Of a stretch of DNA of 64,000 bases, positions 51,701 to 64,000 are shown in pieces. Made by a program: the position numbers and the translations under genes. Each line of letters opens with the position of its first letter. Within the stretch, counting starts at the first letter, position 1. The stretch is from Blasia pusilla (Eukaryota), in assembly GCA_050084515.1 (NCBI GenBank), contig CM114271.1, positions 42,904,001-42,968,000 of the forward strand, read 5' to 3'. The notes beneath the pieces are model-generated. The model was given only the letters and a program-made list of their open reading frames with translations. It did not search any database and was not told where the DNA came from.

Positions 51701-52855
51701 TTGATGACTCATCACTCCCATCCATATTCCTTATATGAGTTTCTTCTTGGAACAATTGAGGAATGAGAGTTTTTATGGTCAAATTGGGTTGGACCTGAAT
51801 AGAAAAAAAAATGATGTAACTTCGAGGCATGCTTTGCTTTAGATCTTAAACCTTCTCTTCTTCACTAATGACAGCCCCAACAGCTGTCAGTTGATCCAAA
51901 ATGGATGTCAAGCAATGAATGTGTTTTAGTACACTTTCACCCTCTCTCGTCTTGATTGTTGACAATTGATCTTTTAGATACATGTGTGTGACCTGATCCT
52001 TCTACTAACAAATATCGGACATTCTCTTCCAGGCATCAATAGACATTAAGCAACCACTTAGGAGAGAGAAATGATTGTTCTCTAGCGAGTTTGCAATGAT
52101 AGAGGAGACAAGACTATCTTTCTTGATCCATAGAGTTGTTGTAGTAGGTTCTAGGGGCTTTGTTTATGCTCCCTCTTCCATCTGCATAAGTACTTTAGAT
52201 CTGAGAACCCATATCATTCTCTGTTTCCATACTTTAAGATAAGTTCCATCAAACTTAGGAATATCTGAAGCGCTAAGATGAGCCATTACTAGTTGACAAG
52301 ATTCACCTAGCTTTCCTCTCAATTTCTACGCCCTCAGTTCGAGTAAGATTTCAAGCACATAAAATCACACCCACCTTGGGTTCCTACTTGATTTTTTTCT
52401 CAAGTCACATAGATGTCCTTCTATAGAAACACAATACTTCTTGGACACTCTTCTAAGATAGAACTGATAGCATTGCTTTTCATGATTGGTCATGGGTCCC
52501 CTATGGACTCGTTACTGCAGATATTCCTAAACCTTACTCCTAAGTTCTACCACATATCACCTACTATGTAGGAAGGATCCTTATTCCTATCTTGCTAATC
52601 TCTTTGATACCATGTTGAATATTCAGAGGAATATAGACTGACCTTTCATTGTAGAGAAATAGTAAGGAAGACAATAGAACAACACGCATCTATAAGGAAT
52701 GTGATCTGCAACAAAGAGCGAATCACAATTTCTCTTTAAATATACATGGCCCTCTATTGTGCCCTCCTACAACAAAAAACATGTCCTAACTAAAGTAAAT
52801 GCAATTCACGTCCATGAGTGTTGAGTCACTGACAAGTGACACATGTTCACTAACA
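48800..52855 (-). mobile_element. Truncated Ty1/Copia of a second family (Copia-B): 5' LTR, PBS, gag, protease, integrase, RT; no RNase H or 3' LTR
   Basis: PBS TTTGATACCA (plus) ending at 52612, then TGTTG...AACA (about 52613-52855). Motifs CFYCKQLGH, YVDTGATQHM, LVHYNVCGP, PETYEEA...WKDAMEQE...[12 protein letters not shown] and LYVDD. Similarity ends after TRPDI-like sequence near 48820. Confidence 0.88.
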
Positions 52856-53159
52856 CATTAGAGGTGAGTCACTGTAATGACCTTCATGTCCTATTATATC
52901 TGTAGAGGTGGCTAGGCATGGTGTTAATAGAGGAAGGTCGTTGGTAATCAGCTACGTGCTGATATCTAACATCATCTTCATAAGAGGAGGTACAATTCAC
53001 CTTGAGAAACAAATTATTTACAATAAATAGGGCTACAAAAAAGGTGTCAACTGAGATGAAGGATTTAACTTGTGAAGGCCATGTTTCAATGGTTAGCAGC
53101 AAGATTGGATTGAGGTGAGCATACTTTTCTGAAGTTCCTTCACACCCAACCCGGATGTA

Positions 53160-53745
53160 GAAAATGCAACTACAGTTACAGCAACATCGTGCTTTGCATC
53201 CCTGGATTATTTGAGCAAGGTAATATTTGGTCTATTTGATTCATTTTCATCACCGTAAGTGGTAGGAAAAAGTTATGATCTTTACTAGTCGATAAAATGA
53301 GTTCCAACTTGTCCAACTATAGATAATGGATGTTTGATGAGGATTTGCATGAAGGTGATATTGGTGGGAAACTATGCAATCTGTTCAGCCACTTTTGAAT
53401 TCTTAGATTTCACTCTTAATAGTTTTCTTAAGTCCTGAAAAGGCTTAGAAAAGTAAGTTGGGTCATCCAAGGTACATTTTCCAGATTCAAAAAGGTGTAA
53501 ACTCACCTGAAACTTTGACAAGCACGTATGGAGCTTTACAAGAGTGATTGATCCATCAGGTCCCTAAGCTACTAACTTGGCTGTCATTGGATCTTAATAC
53601 ACACTGGCAGAATCTCCCTCACCAACACCAGTTTCCACCCTTATTGAATCAAAGGATTCAACAGACAGCCAATTACTCGAAGCATCCTACATAAATTTGA
53701 CTCCTTCAGATTCATACAACTAAATGACATCAGAGATGGGAGCAG
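53160..53745 (-). pseudogene. MCCA: 3-methylcrotonyl-CoA carboxylase alpha subunit (biotin carboxylase C-domain) fragment, two exons with intron
   Basis: Hand translation gives IRVETGVGEGDSASVY*DPMTAKLVA*GPDGSITLVKLHTCLSKFQ, then an intron GTGAGT...CAG (53506-53381), then IA*FPTNITFMQILIKHPLSIVGQVGTHFID. This matches recalled plant MCCA VRVETGVEQGD.VS.HYDPMIAKLVVWG...LVKLKDCLS.FQ|VAG.PTNI.FL...VETHFIE. Absent from the ORF track because of stops. Confidence 0.85.
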
Positions 53746-54002
53746 GCTGACAGCATAGAAGGTTTTATTTGGTGATTCTTAAGGTTCATCAATAAACGAA
53801 TACCCATTGAGGGTTTATGGCTTTTAAGGGTCAGTACGGTGTTGTGAGAATGTTGAATGGAATATTAGTTTTATAAATTTGATTCTGTAGTCCCAATTGC
53901 CCTTTAATGGGTCCTCATCAATCTACCAATGATCATGTCATACGTTCGAGGTTTAGAAGCATCTGAAGAGTGGCTTATCAAAATCACTTTATTTCTTGTG
54001 TT

Positions 54003-54477
54003 GCGGACGATAATTTCCATTGCAGATGCAGATGGTAACTACCTCTTGGAGGTTTGGGAGCACATTCTAACTTGTGTATCACGATTTGAGCATCTCCATC
54101 TTATTGGTGAGGATGCGCCCGTTGACACAACCTTCTTTGCCGCACCTCAGAGTGATACAAAGAAAAGGCAATCAATAAAATCACCTCTGCTTCCGGTCTT
54201 GAGGCAAAAAGGAGCAGGTCCTACTTGTAGTATATTGTAGCAATAGGTAGGCGAGGTTCATATGATTATACAAGAGTTGGAGGTGGTTCTCCTAGAGTGG
54301 TTACAACAGAGCAGATGAAAAATCTTGTCTCAAATTTGAATATGTTGGAACAGATAGACAATTTGAAATTAATAAAATATTCTCACGTAGTTATAGGCTG
54401 ACTAGTGAGGCGATTGTTGATTTTGTGAAGGATTTAGGAAAGGTTTCAATGGAAGAGTTGCGTTCAACCAATGATCC
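54003..54477 (+). pseudogene. BIG: Brefeldin A-inhibited ARF-GEF (BIG2/3-type) internal fragment, cut by Copia-C
   Basis: IADADGNYLLEVWEHILTCVSRFEHLHLIGEDAPVDTTFFA, then after frameshifts RRGSYD...VTTEQMKNLVSNLNMLEQI...SEAIVDFVKDLGKVSMEELRSTNDP, which ends at the Copia LTR. Confidence 0.92.
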
Positions 54478-57400
54478 TGTGGAAAACTGCTAAACAAGCA
54501 TAATTGGTGGAAAATGGTTCACACACACATACACCACCATGGAGAACGAAATTTGTAATGAGAGAATGAGTTGAGGTTGGTCTCCTTCTCAATTATATAG
54601 GGTATGTACAAGCAACCCTAACCCTAACCTTAACCATAGTCTCAAGTTAGACTAATTGTAATTAACTAACCCTAGTTAAGATAATCGTGCTTAAGTGACT
54701 AACCAAGATTAAGTTTCCCTACTTTGTATGAGTACCAAATATAGCAGTTCATGTGTCTTATGAGCTTGACTATAACTCAATCTTCGATATTCTCCCTCAA
54801 GCTCATATCAATATCTCTAACGCCTAAATCATTTCTAAACATCTCTAACTTATCTCTAGACAATGCCTTTATAAAAATATCAACAATTTTTTTATCTGTA
54901 TATATATACACAAGATCAATTTTCCCTGCAAACACTTTCTCTCTGATAAAATGATAATGCACCTCAACATGCTTTGTACGAGCATGAAACACAGGGTTAT
55001 TAGCAAGCTTGATGCTACTAGTATTGTCTCCATATATTACACTAGGGCCTAAGTTACTAACACCAATCTCAACAAATAATCGATGAAGCCACACCGCCTC
55101 ACATGCTGCATTGGTTGCTCCTCTATACTCACCCTCTGTTGAAGATAAAGCAACTAAAGGTTGCTTCTTTGAAGCCCAACTTATATCTGCGCTTCCCAAA
55201 GTAAATGAATAACCAGATGTGGAGTGTCAATCAGACACGCTTCTTGCCCAATCAGCATCTATGAATCCATGTAATTGAAAATTTGGAGAATGTTCAAATT
55301 GAAGCCCGAATTGAATAGAGAATTTTACATACCGCATAATCCTCCTCACAACATCAAGGTGAGGTTTTGAGGTGCTTGCATTAACTGTCTCACTAGGCCA
55401 ACACCATAACTTAAATCTGGTGTGGTTATAGTTAGATAGATCAAATTTCCAACCATGCGGCTATACATATTAGAATCTGCAAGCAAGTCTCCTTCATCCA
55501 CTCTTAGCTTCACACTCTGGTCGAACAGTGTAGAGATTGACTTAAAAGCCGTCATACCATATTTTGAAAGTATATGAACAGCATATTGTCGTTGTAGTAA
55601 CCACATGCTCTCTCCAACCTTCATAAACTCTATACAAAGGAAATACTTGAGTTCTCCCAAGTCTTTCATATCAAATTCTGCTTGTAACTTAAGCTTGACT
55701 TGTTGTACCATTTCTTCAGTACTCCCAATAATCATGAGATCGTCAACATACAACACAATGAGAACCGTATGATCTTGTCCTCTCAAGACATATAACAAGG
55801 AGTCAGAATCACATACCCTAAAACCCAACTCTTGTAGGACGTATGTAATCTTACCATACCAAACTCGTAGAGCTTGTTTGATCCCGTAGAGAGCTTTCTT
55901 CAACCTGCATACACGAAATAGAAACTTGGGATGCTCGTATCCAGGCGGTTGAGTCATATATACCTCCTCGTATAAATCTCCATTTAAGAAGGCATTTTTA
56001 CGTCTATGTGATGTAATCTCAATTTCTTACTTACTCCAACTACAACCATTGTTCTCGTAGTTGCCATCTTTGCAACAGGGCTAAATGTTTCCTCATAATC
56101 GATACCATATTGTTGTGCATAGCCCTTAGCCACCAATCTCGCTTTGTATCTGTTAATTGTACCATCTTGATTGCGTTTGATTTTTTAAATCCATTTGCAA
56201 CCAATAGCTTCCTTACCAAAAGGTATATCAACCAGCTCCCATGTCTATTCATGTTTTAATGCAGCAAGCTCTTCCTCCATAGCTTCAATCTATTTGACTT
56301 CCTTACAGCTTCTTCAAAATAACTCGGCTCCTGTTCTTAAAGGGTAGTCATCATATATGCATGATGTGTCGCAAGGGAACCTTCATTTATGAATCCATGA
56401 ACTGGATGTCTAACTCTACTTGATCTACAAAGTTGTTGTTCATAGATAGATGCCTATAACACCTAACTTAAGCTTAGACTAGTGTCAACAGATTGAATAC
56501 GTACTCTTTCCGTCCATGGACTCATAGATCTAACTGATGAATCTAGGACCTCTCCTAATACTGCACTAGTACTTAGGGAAGTTGAAGACAATGTCCGTTG
56601 GGGTACAGTCATATTCTCCCCCTCAACAGACAAGTTTAGAGGTGGAATAGGCTTAGACGGAACACACCAAAGCTTTAGCTCATCAAAGACAACATCTTGA
56701 CTAATAATAAGCTGCCTAAAGGATAGAATGTAGTACTTATAGCACTTATATCTCTTAGTTCCATCAGCATAGCCAATGAAGATATATCTTTAAAATTTGG
56801 GGTCTAATTTCTTACGTCTCTCAAAAGAAACATGAGCATAACAAATACAGCCAAATATTTTCAAGAAGGAAAAATTTGGTGTACTTCCTATGAAGATTTT
56901 GAATGGAGTTTATATCATGAACTCCTACTGTTGGAGTTTGGTTGATTAAGAAGACTACACATGCTACAGCCTCTGCCCAATACATCTTAGGCATGTTCTT
57001 CTCATTCAGCATAGCTCATGCCGCTTCAGCAATATGTCAATTTTTTCTCTCAACCACTCCATTTTTTTGTGGAATGTAACGGCAATTCACTTGACGTTGG
57101 ATGCCATTCTGATGTTAATTATCATCAAACTCTGTTGAAATATACTCTCCTCCTCCATCACAACGCAATTTCAGAATGTGTCCTCAAGTCTGCTTCTCTA
57201 CTATAACTCTGAATGTTTGGAACATTGAGAATACCTCTGACTTGGCTTTTAGAATGTATACCCATATATACCTAGAGAGGTCATCAACAAATGAAACAAA
57301 GTACTGGCAACCACTAAGGTTATATTGTGATGGTAGGAACTATGGATCAACTCCAATATCCAGGATGCTCTTCTACCTTGCTTTGGAAAATGAAATCTAA

Positions 57401-59265
57401 CTTGTTTTCCAAATTGGCTAGCATGACATACCTCTAACATAGCAGGACTCGCTAATTTAGGGAGTCATATTACTATATTTGATGATAAAAGACTCTGTAA
57501 TCTTTGAAGATTCATATGTTCAATTCTTTTATGCCACACATTTAGATTTGTGACTTGTTGGCCGGTTTGACCATACATTGTTGTTTGAATCTCTAGCATA
57601 GAAATATCTAATTTGAACATTCTGCCAGATCTAGTTCCTTTGACTATCGTAGTGTGGTCATCCATTGTTTCAATGAAACAACCATCTGCGTTAAACTTCA
57701 CTTGATAACCATGTTCTACTATTTTTCCTACAGAGATCAAGTTTCTTGCAATGGTAGGAACGTAGAGAATCTTTCCAAGAGCACAAAGACCATCTGATGC
57801 TATTGGAACTTTACCAATATGCGTGATATGATGTTAAGTGTCATCTCCTATGAGCACAATTGCAGGATCTTTCACCGGATCTAAACTACTGACCATTTAG
57901 CTTGTGAGGTCATGTGATTTGATGCACCAGAGTTAATGTACCAATCTGATGTCGAGTCTTTCTTGACCATTGCTCCCATATGATGAGTCATGACCAAGAG
58001 ATGCTCCGTTTGTGAATGTTTTTGTTCTTGGTACTGCTCTTGGTATTGTTGTTCCACACAGTTTTATTGCTGTAAGGCTCCTATTCTCATATCTGCCTTC
58101 TTCTTGAAGCAAAACTTTGCAAAGTGAACCTTTATCTCGCGGTAATTGCAAGATCTAAGGACCCTCTACTGCTAACCTCGACCCCAACGGTTTCCACCAT
58201 CACCACTTTGTGATTGTATGTGGTGTTGGTTCGTAGTTGATTGAGTGACGTTATATCGAGTGTCTCTTCCTCCATATCCATCACAACCACGGAAGTTTCT
58301 TCCACGACCCCTACCTCTGTTTGATCCATAACATGCAAATAGCGCACTCTCTTGCAGACTAGACGAGCTACCGCTGCCTACTAGGCACATCTCTTCAATG
58401 ATTAATAGAGGGACTAACTCTTGAAAGCTTGGATACTTATCTCTCACAGAGATAGAGATCTCAAAGGACTTGTAATCCCTTGGAAGGCCTTGAAGAGTGA
58501 AAAAAATCATATCATCATCTTCTACTGTCATTCCAATGTTATTCAACTGATCAACAATATGTCTCATACTCAAAATATAATCATTGATGCTTTGCGATCG
58601 TTTCCTCACTTCGTTCAATTGCTATTTCAATTGAAGCTTTATGGCCTTTATAGATGTCTTGAACAAATTTTCCAATGCATCCCAAGCCTCCTTCAGAATA
58701 TCAACATCTTGAATATGACCTATCATTGGCGAACTGATCGTTCTTGAAATGTAGTGGATTACTTGCCTTGCGCATTTGTTCCAGGCGCGAACATTCAAGT
58801 CTGTTGAGTCACTTTTAGACTTGGCTTCATCACCTGTGACGAGCTCCCATAGTTCTTGACCCATGAGAAATTGTTTCATGCGAAACTTCCACACATTTTA
58901 ATTCTGCTTATGTAACTTCTCGCCTGTGATTGATGTTGAGGAATATTCCATGACGAACGATTTCACTCAAAAAAACATAATTTCAGGCTTTCTACTTCTA
59001 TGTTGGAGGCTTTCTCACTCCAACATAAAAATAAACCTGAAATTTGCCAAAATTGATCAAGTATATGAAAGAACTAGTCAAAATTGGCATGTAGAGAGCA
59101 AAGTACATAACTTTTCTTCACTAATTGCACTTTCCTACATTGAAATTGCTACTGCATGAGCTCAAAATGTTAGAATCAAGCGATTTTGGGTGCGTTGGAA
59201 AGCTCTTAACGAGCTCTAAAAGACGGATAGAACTAGCCTGTGTCATTGTTCTAGACACTGCGGAT
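54478..59265 (-). mobile_element. Ty1/Copia (Copia-C, same family as Copia-A), 3' LTR present, 5' LTR and PBS missing
   Basis: LTR 54478-54789 plus PPT; RNase H (ISWASKKQPLVALSSTEGEY...FHARTKHVEVHYHFIRE), RT (LKKALYGIKQA...LYVDDL), integrase, GAG-pre-integrase (WHKRIEH) and gag. Homology to the Copia-A leader stops near 59265. Confidence 0.92.
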
Positions 59266-61264
59266 CTAGATGGCTAAATCGGCCGGGAAAGCCCTCTAAA
59301 ACGTCTCTTGCAGGATATCTCCCAATGTTTAGCATCGTCTGCTACTTTAAAGAGAGAGCTAGGAAAGCAAGAGTTAAAATCTCCCGTTGTTTAGCATCGT
59401 CTGCTGCTTTAAAGATAGAGCTAGCACATTTTAGATTGTTAGAGATTGGTGTGTTCAATCACAAACTTTTGGTATGTTTGTGTATTATAGGGTCGCAAAT
59501 TTAGTGCTTTTGTAGCTAGTTGAAGCTTCACACCTATTTTGTGGATATATGAATTATTTGAAAACAAAAAATGCACATTTTTTCACATTGTGTATTTCAT
59601 GATGATACAATGCAATTCATTATCAAGTTTTTCATGGAATATTTTTCAATATATGATTTTTATAATACAAGATGCTCAATTATTAGATCGATAAAGTAAG
59701 TAAAATTGACGACTATCCTTTATACTTATTATGTGTATTTTTACAACAAAAAAAACATAAATTTAATTTAGTGTTTAAATCAAAATATTTGGAAACGATA
59801 CCCAATTAATGCAAAATATAAGGCCTCTCAAATTTGTGATGAGTACTTGAGGTAGCGTGAAAATTTACACATATTTGATGTAAATTTGGTGGTGGAGTAG
59901 TAATTATAAAGAGAGGAGTCTAAATCTGTAAAACAAATTAAAAATGTAAAGTGAGATGCAGGAAATTAATTTAGGAATGAAATTTTTTGGTTTGGAAAAA
60001 AAGATAAGGTTAAGTAGAGAGATGGGAACGTGGAAGATATATATTTCAGGGAAAAAGACGTGAAGATACTTTGATGTGGAAAGATTTGTCATATTGTGGG
60101 TATTGAGGTTGGTTGTAGTAAAAAAGTGTCGTCGTTTATATGAGCAAAACAGGTTAGACTGATGTGTAGGAGATGCAAAGTGCAAAGTTTAAATGAAAAT
60201 GGCGAATGGCGAATGGGGCATGAGTAAAATGTAGATTCCACGAGAGTATGGATGGACATACCAGTGTAATCAATGAATTAGAGGAAATTATAATAAAACA
60301 GCTTGTAGACATGTTGAAGCAAAGAGCAAGAGACGATACGAAATGAATTGTAAGAGAATGTGAATGTAGAGATCGAAAAGGGAAGCAAATCTATGAACAT
60401 GGGAAGAAGATATAGTGTAAGCAAAGGAGGGACAAAAAAGTAAGAGATGTGATGGAATGATATAAAAAACAATAGCAAAGGAATAGATCCAAAGGAATGT
60501 ACTTAATAGGAAAGTGAAAGTAATAAAAGTTGAGGGATCCAATTGTGTGATCTCAGAAACAACAGTAAGGGAATAGGGGAAAAGGGATGTATATAACATG
60601 AAAGTTAAAGTAAAGGAGTATGAGAAATCTATGCAGAGTAGTTAAAGGAGAAAAAAAAATGAGAGATGTGCACAGATCTGATATGCAACAGTAATGGAAG
60701 TGTGGAAAGTGCAAGGAAACAAGAGGAAAGAAGAAACTTATGAACTTGAAGGATATTTACAATGGTAGTAAAAGAGAAAGATGGATATTGAAAGAGATTA
60801 TGGAATGATTATGAATAACATAGAAAGGGAATAGAAGACATGCAAAGTACACATCAGAAAAGTAAAATGTTGCGAACGTGAAAAAAAATGTAGTAAAAGA
60901 AAAGTAGGGAAAAATATGTAGTAAAAGAAAAGTAGGGAAAAAAATGAGGCATACAATGCAAACATCTGAAATAGTGTTGTAGAAAATACAAGAGAAGCAA
61001 AGTACATGGGAGGAAAGTAATGAGACATACATAATTTAGAAACGAGCAGTTGAAACTTAAAGTGTTTAGTGGAAAAATTGCACTTCTGTTGTAGTTAAGA
61101 GTGGAACTCAATCATCATTGGGAAAATCAGTGGTACAATAGTATCCGTGGAAATGCTGATAGATCAAAATCTGCTTCTACGAAGAATAATACAAAATAGA
61201 AGCTAATAGGTAGACGAATGTAGAACTATGTACTGCCGCAGTATTGACATGAATTATGTTATGA

Positions 61265-61581
61265 ATGAAAGCTTTGGGTTGTTAGCAATGATAGGCTAGA
61301 TATAAGCCAAGAAGTCTTTCAAGTATCTGTTGGCATCCTTCAACTTCTACGTGTAGTGATGTAGAGTCTCCTTGTGCTGGTCAATCTCTTCATAGAGAGA
61401 TGACATAAGGTCGTCACGCAAATTCATCTGGTTCTCCAATTTTCCAATTTTCCAACTTTCCAACTTTGGACTCGGCTTCATAGAGCTTCAACTCAATTTT
61501 TTCATGGACCTACATTGGAACATAGTTAGTGTCGTGGGAAGTAGAACGTCGAGACGATGCACTAGCATGTTGAGCTCTCAT
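61265..61581 (-). pseudogene. Decayed short coiled-coil-like ORF
   Basis: Hand translation MRAQHASASSRRSTSHDTNYVPM*VHEKIELKLYEAESKV...LENQMNLRDDLMSSLYEEIDQHKETLHHYT*KLKDANRYLKDFLAYI*PII. It is a coding-like island inside purine-skewed DNA. Confidence 0.4.
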
Positions 61582-62715
61582 GGATAGATTATTGTAGCAA
61601 ATTTGCAAACATATTTGTCATTGAAAGGATAAAATTTTGAGCAAAAAGAAGTAGTTGCAAAAAGAATGAGAAGCCATATGTAGCAAAAATAAAGTATCAT
61701 ATGTGTAGGGAAAGGCAAGGACCAAATAGAAAAGATTATATTTGTGGAATGTGTGGAAGTGAAAGTGGTTTTTTTATGATGTATTAGATATGTTGAGTGA
61801 AATTTAGGGAAAGAAAAGAAAAGGAGAAGTGAAGTATATTGAAATATAGTGCACAGAAAGAAAGATTGTATGATAATGTGAATGATATGGAGACAACGAG
61901 AACAACAAGGAGAAGGTAGATGAAGTAGGTAAAAGCAAGGAAAAAAATAGAAGTGAATTTGAAAGTTGAAATGAAAATAGTGAAAATGTAAAGCAGCTCG
62001 CATTGAAAGCTGAAATGTGAAAGAGATGGAGTTAAATTTAGAAATTTGAAATGTAGCATAGTGAACCGAGGAGAGATGATGCATGATTTTGCACAAATGG
62101 AGAAAAAACTAGAGAGATTAGTGGAAAGTAGATCGTGGACAAAAAGAATAGAGAAAAAAAATGGAAATGGTAGAAGTGACTTGCATGGAAAGGAGTGCAT
62201 AAAATAAAGGGAGAGGAAAGTACTATACTTGATAATATCATGCATGTTTGCGTTTACTTGGTGAGTTCATCATATTGTTGTTAATGTATGGAGTGGTCTC
62301 TAGGTTTTGTCTTGAAGGCAAGTCAAAATCCGGAAGGATGGGAATTGTATTCGACTTGCTAGAATCCAAAGGTGCGATAGGGAGTTATGGCACATCACCA
62401 TTATTTTTTGCCAACTTCATGCGTGGGAGTAGATGGGAGGCTTTGATTGAACTTAGGTCAATCAGCATGTGCAATAGTAGACAAAATTCATGGCGGATTG
62501 GTCTAAACCGGTCTAGCCTCATCCCTCCCGATGCAAGTGAAAAAAGTCCATTTTCCTAAGTGCGAGTGAGAGTAGTTTCTTTGTAGTGGATTTTAAAAAA
62601 TGTAATGGCTTCTTTCTGCAAGACTTGGAAAGTAAGAAGCTTGTGGGAGCATGTTAACGCAAAGAAATTATGGAATATAGGAAGAGAAGTGAATAAGAAA
62701 GACAGAAAAAAATAC

Positions 62716-63224
62716 TTGAGGCTGGAGCATCCTTAGTATGAAGAGATAACTTTTTGTTCAAATCTTGGCCTTGGGCAATCATTGTTTGAATTTTTCTGCT
62801 TGTAACCCCGTTCTCCCAAAAAGCAGGAACAAGACCAAGATTGTCAAAAAATCTCATTTGGTTTTCAGTGGGTTGGACAAAGCGTAGTGCTTGTACTTCC
62901 GGTATACTCTCGATGTCATTAAGGATCATGGAGGCAAAGTCCATATAGCTTGCAAGAACCTGTTGGCTATAAGTTAGAAATAATAAGGTCAGAAAATGGA
63001 GTGAGGTTTGAAAGTAAGTTGAATTACCTAAGATCGGGGTGGAGGAAAATCAGCGTGGTGAGGAGCAAGGTGAGGAGGCGATAGGGCAGGCTCATCGTCA
63101 CGTGATGGGAGCATAGAGGTGGCTGCTTATTGTATGTGCTCCATGTAAGACATAGTGGGTGGTGGAGTTGTTCCTCCAATGACCTTCTTACCCCTAGACT
63201 TGGTGTTGCTATGAGTTGATGCCA
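62716..63224 (-). pseudogene. Unidentified spliced accessory gene remnant downstream of PIF1
   Basis: Exon MASTHSNTKSRGKKVIGG...PPPR with GTAATT donor near 63027, a short intron ending CTAACTTATAG, then exon QQVLASYMDFASMILNDIESIPEV...PAFWENGVTSRKIQ. One premature stop. Confidence 0.4.
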
Positions 63225-63333
63225 TTTTGCATGAGGAAGAAAGTTGTAGTAAAAGTAGAGAGTGCAAGTTAAACTTGTTGTCCATATGTTACAAAATCAG
63301 AACATTGGAGGGTACCAAGTATTCGCAAGTGAC

Positions 63334-64000
63334 CTATAGTACGGACATATAAACCATACCTGATAGCGTCATATATACCATACCTGGCGCAAAAGCATAC
63401 TTGATGACTACGAGGCATTTTCCATGTATAGTTGAGCCGTGACTTTTATGTGCAGTGAGTGCATAGTCAAGAGACAAAGGGAATGTTTTTTTTGCTATAT
63501 TTCTGGTCTGAACTATAGCGTAGACTAGCATAGTTGGACCTAGTGATGCCCAATGTGTGGCCTGACAAACATGTACGCACAAAAATAGTACAAATGTCAT
63601 TATCTACATAGTGAATATCTACTACAATAGCAGTGGCACCATTAGCACCATGTACTTTCAAGTTTATATTAGAAGTAAGCATTATATTACCTTGCAGCCT
63701 GTTGCAATGAAAGGTATTTGATGGAAATCTGGATCTTGCAGCCAGTCCAAGAACTCAGGTGATGCACGAGCATTTGATAAGACTTGAATATCAATTTTAG
63801 AGGCACTGCCAAATAGACGTCTTAGGTCTATATTTTTGAACGATTGAGCATCAGATCGGTGAGAGCATATTATGGTAGTGTCATATGTAATGAAGTCTAT
63901 TGCGGCGTCTTTGGTAACAAAAGAATCCTTAAGGCAATCATGAATTTCCTAAGCAGAAGGTAATTTGGTTGTGATAGTAGCAAGAAACCTCAAGTATGGT
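63334..64000 (-). pseudogene. PIF1-family 5'-3' DNA helicase C-terminal half, probably transposon-borne (Helitron-like), frameshifted
   Basis: IICSHRSD...WLQDPDFHQIPFIATGCKV / MLTSNINLKVHGANGATAIVV / FPLSLDYALTAHKSHGSTI...AFAPGMVYMTLS correspond to the PIF1 motifs NG..., FPL.LAYA.T.HKSQG.T and G..YV.LSR. Confidence 0.85.

Noticed and set aside
59900-62245. Many minus-strand ORFs rich in F/L/I/S that look like membrane proteins
   Set aside because: Artefact of strong purine/pyrimidine strand skew; overlapping frames all give the same low-complexity composition.

Overview
Eukaryotic, plant-type genomic DNA (spliceosomal introns; plant RPS15, plastid FtsZ1, MCCA and BIG ARF-GEF fragments; species not determinable) dominated by nested, decayed transposons. 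These comprise a Ty3/Gypsy element plus three related LTR copies (two are TSD-flanked solo LTRs), three Ty1/Copia bodies, a ZNF862/DUF4371-type hAT, small non-autonomous Helitrons, a MITE and an atypical PIF1 helicase at the right edge. One apparently intact gene sits at 30020-33875 (minus strand). My hand-spliced 8-exon model gives 454 aa, ends in RRVLGLSRRCRPPPLHPYL and has the motif order of animal RAD51AP1, so it is a candidate plant RAD51AP1-like recombination factor and the best lead in the window. The second lead is 46.1-54.5 kb, a mosaic of fragments of unrelated host genes (RPS15, FtsZ1, MCCA, BIG and unidentified exons), some retaining introns, which suggests DNA-level gene capture. 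All homology calls are from recalled motifs, not database searches.
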